The notes under the pieces are model-generated. The model was not told the DNA's origin. It ran no database searches and saw only the letters and a list, made by a program, of their open reading frames with translations. DNA of 64,000 nt from positions 6,005 through 70,004 of the forward strand of contig JAFQMO010000154.1 of the NCBI GenBank assembly GCA_017414385.1, read 5' to 3'. Numbering within the stretch: the stretch's first letter is position 1; every line of letters begins with the position of its first letter. Below are positions 9,470 to 17,140 of this stretch, piece by piece. The translations under genes were made by a program, and so were the position numbers. Source of the stretch: Clostridia bacterium (lineage in GTDB: Bacteria > Bacillota > Clostridia > Oscillospirales > CAG-272).

Positions 9470-9814
9470 ATGAGCCCGGCACTTTTATCCGATCTTTTTG
9501 AAGCGATCACCATCTTTTGCTTCGGTCTTTCCTGGCCGATCTCCATCCGAAAATCTCTCAAGTCCCGTACGGCAAAGGGAAAGAGCCTTTTCTTTGAGGT
9601 CTTTCTTTTGATCGGATACGGCTTCGGTATTGCCCGCAAGGCGCTGATGATGACGGCACTGGATGCCACGGGATTTTTGTTCTATCTAAGCTTTTTCTTC
9701 TATGTGCTCAATGCCCTGCAGATCTCCGTGGATATCCTGCTTTATTTCCGCAACTCCCATCTGGACCGTCTGCGCGAGGCAGAGGAGGCACGCACGGAAA
9801 ACACCGCAAGCTGA
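9470..9814 (+). CDS. small 3-TM membrane protein (possibly PQ-loop/SemiSWEET-like)
   Basis: Track ORF 9410..9814(+). Start placed at ATG 9470 (MSPALLSDLF). Three hydrophobic helices. WPISIRKSLKSRTAKGKS resembles a PQ-loop motif. Follows the GT2 gene. Confidence 0.55.
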   Translation: MSPALLSDLFEAITIFCFGLSWPISIRKSLKSRTAKGKSLFFEVFLLIGYGFGIARKALMMTALDATGFLFYLSFFFYVLNALQISVDILLYFRNSHLDRLREAEEARTENTAS

Positions 9815-9856
9815 TAACAGGGCGCCTCGCAGAGGGCTCTGTCAGCGGACAGACAA

Positions 9857-9904
9857 AAGAAAAAAAGATGCACCGCAGTGCTTGTCTGCGGTGCTTTTTA
9901 TTTG
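9857..9904. terminator. bidirectional terminator between the membrane-protein gene and upp
   Basis: Stem gcaccgcag / ctgcggtgc (9870-9878 / 9887-9895), flanked by an A run upstream and TTTTTATTT downstream. Confidence 0.75.
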
Positions 9905-9912
9905 TATTTCTC

Positions 9913-10551
9913 TTATTTGGTGCCGAACAGTCTGTCGCCTGCGTCACCGAGACCGGGAACGATATAACCGATCTCATTGAGCTTTTCATCCACACAGCCT
10001 GTGTAGATCTGTACATCGGGATGATCCTGTGCCAGGCGCTCAACACCCTCGGGTGCTGCAAGGATGGATACGAACTTGATGTTGTTGCAGCCACGTGCCT
10101 TGATGAAGTTGATCGCAGCAGAGCCGCTTCCGCCGGTTGCAAGCATGGGGTCGAGCAGAATGACCTGTCTCTGCGCGATGTCCTCAGGCAGCTTGCAGTA
10201 ATACTCCTTGGGCTCCAGTGTGTCGTGATCGCGGTACAGACCGATATGACCGATCTTTGCGGAGGGAACCAGAGAAAGCACGCCGTCGAGCATACCGAGT
10301 CCTGCGCGCAGGATCGGAACCAGCGCAAGCTTCTTGCCTGCGAGCACCTTGACCTTGGCAACAGCAAGCGGTGTGGTAACCTCGACCTCCTCCATCGGAA
10401 GGTCGCGCATGACCTCATAGCCCATCAGCATAGCGATCTCGTTGACCAGCTCGCGGAATTGCTTTGCGCCGGTATTGACATCTCTGAGAATGGAGAGCTT
10501 ATGTGTGATAAGCGGATGATCGAAAACCGTGACATTTTGATAATTTTTCAT
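9913..10551 (-). CDS. upp: uracil phosphoribosyltransferase
   Basis: Full [27 protein letters not shown]..., PRPP-binding [14 protein letters not shown]-terminal [17 protein letters not shown]. Confidence 0.97.
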   Translation of the reverse strand: MKNYQNVTVFDHPLITHKLSILRDVNTGAKQFRELVNEIAMLMGYEVMRDLPMEEVEVTTPLAVAKVKVLAGKKLALVPILRAGLGMLDGVLSLVPSAKIGHIGLYRDHDTLEPKEYYCKLPEDIAQRQVILLDPMLATGGSGSAAINFIKARGCNNIKFVSILAAPEGVERLAQDHPDVQIYTGCVDEKLNEIGYIVPGLGDAGDRLFGTK

Positions 10552-10697
10552 GACAAGCTCCTTCGATATATAAAATATAAAGATAGAGAAACAAAAAACA
10601 ACGGGGGATCCATATGATCATATTATAGCACTCTTTGTCGAAAAAAGCAATAGTCCCTCTCACAGATTCTCATTTTTTTCGCAAATATCAAGGGCAG

Positions 10698-10732
10698 GAA
10701 ACGCAAACACGGAGACCGTTTCCGATCTCCGT
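10698..10732 (-). terminator. probable terminator after the LytTR operon
   Basis: Reverse strand acggaga-tcggaaacgg-tctccgt followed by GTTTGCGTTTCC. The U tract is only moderate. Confidence 0.45.
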
Positions 10733-10811
10733 ATTTGCAGAAAGAAGGTTTATAAGAAGATTATGAAAAAGCGAATATTCTCAGGTGACCGAGCTGCCTC
10801 TGCAGAGACTC

Positions 10812-11288
10812 TCATTCCGCATCGGCAGAATCACGGTAACCGGATAAGCTGTTTAACTGCTTGATCCTGCGGTTCATTTCCTCGATGCTGTGGCGGTATC
10901 GGATCTCCGACAACACGCCGACCACCAATACCGCGATCACACAGACCGAAACGGAAATGAGGATCAGAACGATCAGTCCCGTACCCGCACCGAGCATCAG
11001 CTTGCCAAGCACCGATACGATCACTGCATTGACGACCGCCGAGATCAGACGGTTTCGCCAGATGACATTACGCTTCAGATGGTTTCCGGAAAGCGGAAGC
11101 CATGTGGAAAACAAAAATTCAAACACAAGACCGATACAAAAGCCGGATACGATGATATACCAAAGGATCCTGACATCGATCATCGTCATCTCAAGCATGG
11201 TATATTCCAGAAGGACCGCAAAAAAGCCGATTGCTACCGATACACACATATTGAGAAGAACCCGATATAAGCGGTTTCCGTCGTTCAT
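10812..11288 (-). CDS. 4-TM membrane protein (DUF3021-like), candidate membrane partner of the LytTR regulator
   Basis: Track ORF 10812..11381(-). Start placed at ATG 11288 (MNDGNRLYRVLL), 31 nt after the LytTR stop. Four hydrophobic helices plus a charged C-terminal tail. Confidence 0.7.
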   Translation of the reverse strand: MNDGNRLYRVLLNMCVSVAIGFFAVLLEYTMLEMTMIDVRILWYIIVSGFCIGLVFEFLFSTWLPLSGNHLKRNVIWRNRLISAVVNAVIVSVLGKLMLGAGTGLIVLILISVSVCVIAVLVVGVLSEIRYRHSIEEMNRRIKQLNSLSGYRDSADAE

Positions 11289-11319
11289 AAAGTGCAGCCC
11301 CCCCTTTCCCCTCGGCCGA

Positions 11320-11757
11320 TTACATGCCGAGAATGGTTTTGATCGCCTGAATATACAGTCGGGTAATGACAACCTTGTCATTGTTTTTCATAACGGCGAC
11401 CATTCTGCCGTTAAACAGCGGCTCCAGATACGCAACCTTCCGCAGGTTGATGATCGAATACCGGCTGACGCGTACAAAGCCCGAATTCTTGAATTTTTCC
11501 TCGATTTCATACATTTTCAGGGGTGTCTCGTACACGCCCTCCTCCGTGATGAGAAGCACCTTGTTTTCCTGCGTATCGAAATAACAGATGTCCTCGGGAG
11601 AAATAATAAAGGTCTTGTTATCCTTTTTGGCGATAACGGTATTGGTAAACAGACGGATCGTGGAAAGCAGACGTTCTGTTTCCTCATCAAATTCCCTGCA
11701 TCGGATAACGACCTCTGTCTCGGTGACGTCCGATACCGTTTCGAGCTTTATCTTCAT
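11320..11757 (-). CDS. LytTR-family DNA-binding protein (no receiver domain)
   Basis: Full ORF, 145 aa. LytTR-like core (ICYFDTQENKVLLITEEGVYETPLKMYEIEEKF..GFVRVSRYSIINLRKV). Confidence 0.88.
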   Translation of the reverse strand: MKIKLETVSDVTETEVVIRCREFDEETERLLSTIRLFTNTVIAKKDNKTFIISPEDICYFDTQENKVLLITEEGVYETPLKMYEIEEKFKNSGFVRVSRYSIINLRKVAYLEPLFNGRMVAVMKNNDKVVITRLYIQAIKTILGM

Positions 11758-11854
11758 ATGGCAACCGACCGTCCCTTCCGAAAGCGGTGTTCGGCATCCT
11801 CCTGCATCAAAGGGTTCCCTGCACGATCCGATCCGACTTCTTTTTTCTGATTAT

Positions 11855-11883
11855 ATCATACACCATTTTCCAAAAATTTTCAA
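11855..11883 (-). promoter_or_regulatory. promoter TTGAAA-17-TATGAT for the LytTR operon
   Basis: Reverse strand: TTGAAA (11878-11883), 17-nt spacer ending TGGTG, TATGAT (11855-11860). Confidence 0.45.
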
Positions 11884-12009
11884 GGGGTTTTCGGCAAGAT
11901 GCATTTTTTGGCAGGTGAAATACCACATACAGCACCCCAAATGCATGATCGGCACATAAGAGATGCATCTTTCCCATGATGCTTCATGCCTGTCCTGCGG
12001 ATGTGTAAC

Positions 12010-12049
12010 GTTTTCCACAAGGTTTTCCACACCTGTGGAAAACCTTGTG
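12010..12049. repeat. perfect 16-bp inverted repeat carrying three DnaA-box-like 9-mers (TTTTCCACA)
   Basis: cacaaggttttccaca (12016-12031), cc, tgtggaaaaccttgtg (12034-12049). TTTTCCACA occurs at 12011-12019 and 12023-12031, and inverted at 12034-12042. Each is an 8/9 match to TTATCCACA. Confidence 0.6.
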
Positions 12050-12162
12050 CACTTTATAAAACCACCTTATAAACCGCAAAAACGCAGGTTTTTTTCTTTT
12101 TTATGCGGAAATTCGAATGCTTTATACACAAGATCTCCACACCGCCTCAAAAATACGCTCCC

Positions 12163-13233
12163 TCAGCGGTAAAACAGAAACCGGCCGATCTCCTTTGTCA
12201 CCGCGGCATTTTCGGGAAGCGAATCCTTCATGACCGCTGTATATACAGCACCGCCGACAAGATCTCCGCCGCCCAGAAACGTCTCCCATGCTTCCTCTGC
12301 CGCAAGCAGACAGATCCGCCGCAGACGGGGATCCGCGGTCCTCTCGGAGGACACCTCTCCCTCCTGCGCAAAAAGAAGACCCGCGGAGAAGACGGCCTCG
12401 GGAGAATCGGAAAAAGCGGGATGTGCGATTCGATTGATCATGACCGAGGCAAGTGCGGTCAGCGTATACAGCTGTGCGGCATCGGGATAGCGGCCGGTAT
12501 ACGCAAGCAGCGCATCGGCAAGCGCACCGATCCGCATATCGCGGATCGCATCACTGCGCCGATCCTGTGATGCCGTATCCCGTGCCTGCATCGCGGTCTC
12601 CTCCGACGGCACAAGACCGAGCGCACAAAGCGTTGCATAGCCGATACCGCCTGTCCCGCGAAGACCGTGTGTCCGCTGAAAGAGGATCAACGCATCACGC
12701 AGTGCTCCCGTCGGGGTATCGGAGGGGGAGAGCATCCGCGGAGAAAGCGACGCAGACACCGGCACCTGCTTCATACATCCCGCATCGCAAAGCGCCTGAC
12801 AGAGCGACTCCTCGGAGACCTGCAGCGGTTCTCCGATGCGCGCGGAGACCGCAGACAGAAGGAACGCATCTGCCGTACCGTCCGCGGCGGCACCGATATC
12901 CCGCTGAAACTGCGCAACGGCTTCGGCAGTACGGGGTGTATAAACGCCGATGTGCTCCCCAACCTCATAACCGAGTGCCGCAAGTCCGTTTTGCAGCATC
13001 TCCACACGGTCACCGCGGTCACCGCAGAAGAAAAAGACCTCACACGACGCCTCTTCCGTATCAAGCGTGTCCGCCTCCGATCCCTGTGCCTGCCGTGCTG
13101 AGGAAAGCGCGCCGTTTTGTCTCTCCGTCCCGGCTTCTCCTTCCCGGATCCTTCCGAGGGCATAAGGCAAAACCGATGCTGCGGTCAACGCCGACAAAAA
13201 CAGAAGGTATGCGATCGGTGCCGCAAATCTCAT
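12163..13233 (-). CDS. SleB-like cell-wall hydrolase with two peptidoglycan-binding (PG_binding_1-like) repeats
   Basis: Full ORF. N-terminal signal/anchor. PG-binding-like repeats (VEMLQNGLAALGY...AEAVAQFQRD; LRDALILFQRTHGLRGTG). C-terminal SleB/CwlJ-like region (LASVMINRIAHPAFSDSPEAV...GGAVYTAV). GGAGGGAGG RBS. Confidence 0.8.
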   Translation of the reverse strand: MRFAAPIAYLLFLSALTAASVLPYALGRIREGEAGTERQNGALSSARQAQGSEADTLDTEEASCEVFFFCGDRGDRVEMLQNGLAALGYEVGEHIGVYTPRTAEAVAQFQRDIGAAADGTADAFLLSAVSARIGEPLQVSEESLCQALCDAGCMKQVPVSASLSPRMLSPSDTPTGALRDALILFQRTHGLRGTGGIGYATLCALGLVPSEETAMQARDTASQDRRSDAIRDMRIGALADALLAYTGRYPDAAQLYTLTALASVMINRIAHPAFSDSPEAVFSAGLLFAQEGEVSSERTADPRLRRICLLAAEEAWETFLGGGDLVGGAVYTAVMKDSLPENAAVTKEIGRFLFYR

Positions 13234-13393
13234 ACGTCACCGCCTCCCTCCGCGCGCATTTTTTGTTCTTTGTGCGAAAAAATTTTCCCTGAAGCGAGAT
13301 GTGTGCATATTCGACATCTGCGGTATGATATAATGTTGACATACGCCGTGCCCTGCGGCAGGATGCAGGTATATCGGGAGCATCTCCGTCCCA

Positions 13394-13759
13394 TCATCGG
13401 CACAGATCCCCCGTACACGCAGCTGCCTCCTTTCGCATTGCGTGCTTTTGCAGGCGCTGTATTTTTTTCTCGTACTGTCTTGCGTATTTTTGGCGGTACC
13501 TTGCGGCATAATGCAGGCGCGTGTGTACACATTTTACTGCACACACAATGACCGTCCCCACAAGGACGGCGCCGCCGATCATTGCCAGGCGGAGCAGCGT
13601 TGATTCGCCTTCGCCGCGCAGATGCACCTGCATCGGCATATCACAGCCGCAGTGTCCACCGCGCTTTTCCAGCCCAATACCAATGTCGTAGGTATGTCGG
13701 AGTACCGTCACGTCATCTTTTTTGCTGTTTCTGACCATCGGATGCATTTTTTGACTCAT
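13394..13759 (-). CDS. possible small single-TM protein (weak call)
   Basis: Part of track ORF 13394..13945(-), from MSQKMHPMV. One TM helix (LLRLAMIGGAVLVGTVIVCAV), an HCGC motif and a basic C-terminal tail. No convincing RBS, and the local sequence is AT/T-rich. Confidence 0.3.
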   Translation of the reverse strand: MSQKMHPMVRNSKKDDVTVLRHTYDIGIGLEKRGGHCGCDMPMQVHLRGEGESTLLRLAMIGGAVLVGTVIVCAVKCVHTRLHYAARYRQKYARQYEKKIQRLQKHAMRKEAAACTGDLCR

Positions 13760-14002
13760 TTTTCCATCGATCCATCGCTCTCGTACGACGAAAGCTTCCT
13801 TTCTTTTCTGTCTTTTCTTTCTTTGGATTTTTCTGTGGCTTTGGGAGCTTACACCGTCTTTATCCGTATCTGTCCGTATCATGAAATAGATTGCCCTGCA
13901 AGCCCTCCGATATACGAAAAAGGCACGCATCAAAAATATTACCATTCCCGCAAAAAAACGGAAAAAAGCAAACCGATCCCAAATGAAATATGAGGAGGGC
14001 TT

Positions 14003-14983
14003 ATGACAGAAACGGTTTATGATATGTATTTATCGGCACTGGACACACTGTGCCGTACACACGCCGCAGCAAAGCAGGTTCCCTTCGGCACAAGCTACAT
14101 CGGCCGCGGCATTCCCGCACTGACACTCGGATGCGGGGTCCACAGTCTCCTTTATGTCGGCGGTATCACAGCAGATCTGCGTACCGCCGCACTGCTTCTG
14201 CGCTTTGTACAGGACTACTGCCGCGCGCAGGAGGAGGATCGCTGCATCTTCGGCATCGACGTATCCTATTTATTCCACACAAGAACGATCACCGTCGTTC
14301 CTCTGCTCAATCCGGACGGCGCTGTTCTGCGCGAGGAGGGGGAGGATCCGAAAAACCCCCTGACCGAGCGTCTTGCCGCCATGCACAGCACCGACAGCGA
14401 CTCCTTTTTTATGCATTGGGAGACCAATGGGCGCGGAGTCGATCTGCGCCGCAATTACGATGCGGACTTTGATATCTGCATGCGGCGGGCAGTGTGCATC
14501 GGAGACCGCGGCTATCCCGGTATGCGGCCGGAAAGCGAGCCGGAATGTGCATCGGTCTGCCGTTATCTGCGTTCAAAGACACCGACGGATCTTTGTCTGA
14601 TGCTCTCCGAGGGCAGCAGCACAGATGACGAGCGGACAGGAGTCATTGCCTTTGCAGACGGAAAGTCCGGCGGCGATCACCGTACACGCAGCATCGCACA
14701 GATCCTCTCGCGCGATATTGAGGGAAAGCCGTTTGAAACAGACGGAGCGCCGTGTCCGGGAAGTGCAAAGGATTGGTGGCGCACACACGCAGCAGGTCCT
14801 CTGTTTGAGCTCCGATGTCCCGCCGAATGGAGTGCACAGGACAGCCGCGGAATGGCGCAGGCGTTTTTATCCATGCCAAACGAGGAGCTTCCGCCCATCC
14901 CCGGTCAGACGTTGGTTCATGCTTCTCTGACACTGCAATACGCAAAGCTGCGCAAGCTCTTTTTCCACGCCGCCGTTCTTTGA
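14003..14983 (+). CDS. M14 carboxypeptidase / gamma-D-glutamyl-diamino-acid peptidase homologue with apparently degenerate zinc site
   Basis: Full ORF, GAGGAGGG RBS. M14-like VVPLLNPDG and NGRGVDLRRNYD motifs are retained. GGITADLR sits where GGIHAREW is expected. Confidence 0.8.
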   Translation: MTETVYDMYLSALDTLCRTHAAAKQVPFGTSYIGRGIPALTLGCGVHSLLYVGGITADLRTAALLLRFVQDYCRAQEEDRCIFGIDVSYLFHTRTITVVPLLNPDGAVLREEGEDPKNPLTERLAAMHSTDSDSFFMHWETNGRGVDLRRNYDADFDICMRRAVCIGDRGYPGMRPESEPECASVCRYLRSKTPTDLCLMLSEGSSTDDERTGVIAFADGKSGGDHRTRSIAQILSRDIEGKPFETDGAPCPGSAKDWWRTHAAGPLFELRCPAEWSAQDSRGMAQAFLSMPNEELPPIPGQTLVHASLTLQYAKLRKLFFHAAVL

Positions 14984-14987
14984 TCGA

Positions 14988-15515
14988 TCACGGTACACAC
15001 AGCAGCCATCTGCCAACAAGGACTGACATCACAGACAAAAACACTGCCGTCAGCGCAGCACAGACAAAAATCTGCCGCCGATAGCGAAGGCTTCTTCCGC
15101 CGCAATATACGGCGATCACGTACAGCATCGTCTCCGATGCCCCACACAGCACGGAAGCGCACAGTCCGATCGGCGAATCCGGACCGTAGGAAGCAAACAG
15201 CTCCGAGAGCATCGCCGTGGATGCACTCCCCGACAGCGGACGTATCAGCAGCAGCGGTACCAGCGCCGCATCCAGATGCAGAGTCTCACAAAGCGGTGTC
15301 AAAAATCCGCACAGGATCTCCATTGCCCCCGATGAACGGAAGAGCGCTGCCGCACAAACAAAAAGCAGAAGCGTCGGAAACAGAGACACCGCAGAGCGAA
15401 GTCCTTCGGCGGCACCCGCAGCAAATGCCTTGAGCGCCCGATCTCCGCCGAGCAGGAACATTCCGCCGACAAGCGCGATCAAGGCCGGCAAGAGCAGCTG
15501 TGTCCACCCCATCAT
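14988..15515 (-). CDS. spmB: spore maturation protein B (nucleoside-recognition domain membrane protein)
   Basis: Track ORF 14988..15692(-). Start at ATG 15515 (MMGWTQLLLPALI), overlapping the spmA stop (GTATGATGG). Polytopic, with SpmB-like LLIRPLSGSAS. Confidence 0.82.
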   Translation of the reverse strand: MMGWTQLLLPALIALVGGMFLLGGDRALKAFAAGAAEGLRSAVSLFPTLLLFVCAAALFRSSGAMEILCGFLTPLCETLHLDAALVPLLLIRPLSGSASTAMLSELFASYGPDSPIGLCASVLCGASETMLYVIAVYCGGRSLRYRRQIFVCAALTAVFLSVMSVLVGRWLLCVP

Positions 15516-16180
15516 ACGTTCTCCCTGCCGTGCGGTGCACAGGTCAGCTTCGTCAGCACAGCGGCAAACACGCACCCGCAAAGTGATGTCAAAAAAACAG
15601 CGGGGAGGACAGCCGCGGGATCCGCAGATCCCGCGGCGTGGCGCAGCGCAAGCAGTGCAGTCGGAAACAGAGACGGCGGCGCCGTATTCCATACGACAAG
15701 CATCGCGGCATCTGCCTGCAGGGCATCTGCTTGCGCCTTACCCGCCTTCGGCGGGCGGTCCTCCCCTGCATCACGGCCAAGCAGCGCATCCATTGCGGCG
15801 ATCCCAAGCGGTGTTGCCGCGTTGCCAAGTCCCAGCAGATTTGCCGAAAGAGAAGCAGCGATCTCATCCACGGCGATGCCTTGACGTGCCGCACCTCCGA
15901 ACAGCAGACGGATCAACGGCATCAAAATCCGCTTGAGTACCCCAAGCGCACCCATTTCCCCAAGCATTCGCAAAAGACCGCAGAACAGGCACATCGAGCC
16001 GCACAGCGAAAGGGACAGCGTCACCGCATCCGAAGCACCCGAGAACAGTGCACCGCCAAGCGCAGAAAGGTTCCCCTCCGCCGCAGCACAAATGACCGAC
16101 AGCAGCGCCATCACACCAAACAAGATCCCCGCCACAATATCCTCCTCCGTCCGCCGCGAAGGCTGCGGCGTCTCTGTCAT
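15512..16180 (-). CDS. spmA: spore maturation protein A
   Basis: Full ORF. Polytopic, SpmA-like (SANLLGLGNAATPLGIAAM). Directly precedes spmB with start/stop overlap. Confidence 0.82.
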   Translation of the reverse strand: MTETPQPSRRTEEDIVAGILFGVMALLSVICAAAEGNLSALGGALFSGASDAVTLSLSLCGSMCLFCGLLRMLGEMGALGVLKRILMPLIRLLFGGAARQGIAVDEIAASLSANLLGLGNAATPLGIAAMDALLGRDAGEDRPPKAGKAQADALQADAAMLVVWNTAPPSLFPTALLALRHAAGSADPAAVLPAVFLTSLCGCVFAAVLTKLTCAPHGRENV

Positions 16181-16236
16181 TTTCGGATGTACCCTTCTGC
16201 GCCTGCGGCAGACCTCACTGTTTTTTCTCCTCTTGC

Positions 16237-16265
16237 TTGACAGCCGCTTTCCTTTGTGCTATCAT
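16237..16265 (+). promoter_or_regulatory. promoter TTGACA-17-TATCAT
   Basis: TTGACA 16237-16242, 17-nt spacer, TATCAT 16260-16265. Upstream of the membrane-protein gene at 16407. Confidence 0.5.
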
Positions 16266-16406
16266 ATATGCAGAAGGAATGGGAATACATCGTCTACGGA
16301 CATCCTATGCAGAAAAGGACACCGTCATGCAAGCGGTGTATGTCCGCGAACCGCTTTTTGGGACGATCCCGCATCCTGCATCTTCGAAAAAAAGGAGGTC
16401 TGTACG

Positions 16407-17012
16407 ATGGCTTCAATCAAAAACGGCACCCATCAGCATCCCTATCTGCGTCCCCTTTTGCGCGTGGGACTGTACGCACTTGCCGTTGTTCTGCTTTGTC
16501 TGCTCCGCAGCACTGCCTTTACATTTTCCCGTCAGGCGACGCTCATATGTGCCTACCTTATGCCTGCATGGATCTCCGCAGTTACGGTATATGAGGGGAT
16601 CCGCTTCGGCGCATGGTTCGGTACGCTGTCCGGACTCTTCTGTGATGCGGCGGGCGGGGAACAGATCTACCGTCTGCCGCTCCTTTATCTGACCGTTGCG
16701 ATCTGCACAGGACTTCTTTGCGGTCCGTTTCTGCGCCGCGGTGCCATTCCGATACTGCTTTCCGATACTGTCTCAACGCTGCTGTGCGCCGTCTTTTTCT
16801 TTGTGCGCGACTGCATCGCAGTCCTTGCAAGCGGCGAACAGCCATCGCTTCTTTTGCTGTTTTTTGGTACAGCGAAAACCGTTCTGCCGGTTTTGGTCCT
16901 CACGCTCCCCCTGCATATTCCCGCCCGTGCCATCTCCCGTATCCGTCGGGAGACGGGAACACAGCTCGGCATTCGCAGCACCCTGCAGACACCGTCGGTC
17001 ACACGGAAATAG
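16407..17012 (+). CDS. polytopic membrane protein, function unknown (MreD-like size/topology)
   Basis: 3' part of track ORF 15933..17012(+). Start at ATG 16407 (MASIKNGTHQ), with AAAGGAGG 7 nt upstream. About 5 hydrophobic helices. The 5' part of the track ORF is antisense to spmA. Confidence 0.7.
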   Translation: MASIKNGTHQHPYLRPLLRVGLYALAVVLLCLLRSTAFTFSRQATLICAYLMPAWISAVTVYEGIRFGAWFGTLSGLFCDAAGGEQIYRLPLLYLTVAICTGLLCGPFLRRGAIPILLSDTVSTLLCAVFFFVRDCIAVLASGEQPSLLLLFFGTAKTVLPVLVLTLPLHIPARAISRIRRETGTQLGIRSTLQTPSVTRK

Positions 17013-17020
17013 TATCCCGG

Positions 17021-17057
17021 GATCCGTATTGCAGCCTTCTCCTGCGGGAGGGGGCTG
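17021..17057 (+). terminator. terminator after the membrane-protein gene
   Basis: gcagcc..ctcc-tgcg-ggag..ggctgc hairpin followed by TCCTTTTTG. Confidence 0.6.
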
Positions 17058-17064
17058 CTCCTTT

Positions 17065-17108
17065 TTGCCGTTATAAAAAAAGAAGGACAGTTCCGCTTTC
17101 GGAACTGT
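17065..17108. terminator. bidirectional terminator
   Basis: 12-bp stem aaggacagttcc / ggaactgtcctt (17073-17084 / 17091-17102), flanked by A and T runs. Serves the convergent genes at 17012 and 17141. Confidence 0.8.
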
Positions 17109-17140
17109 CCTTTTTTCTGATTCTGATAGATGTGTCCGGA

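Noticed and set aside
10598-10612. Palindrome catATGATCATat in the upp 5' UTR as a PyrR-type attenuator
   Set aside because: No PyrR binding-loop consensus (ARUCCAGAGAGG) and no terminator/antiterminator pair are visible. It is probably an incidental palindrome at the transcription start.
15933-16406. 5' 158 codons of track ORF 15933..17012(+)
   Set aside because: This part is antisense to spmA and is Ser/Arg/Pro-rich. A good RBS (AAAGGAGG) precedes the internal ATG at 16407, where the hydrophobic membrane protein begins.
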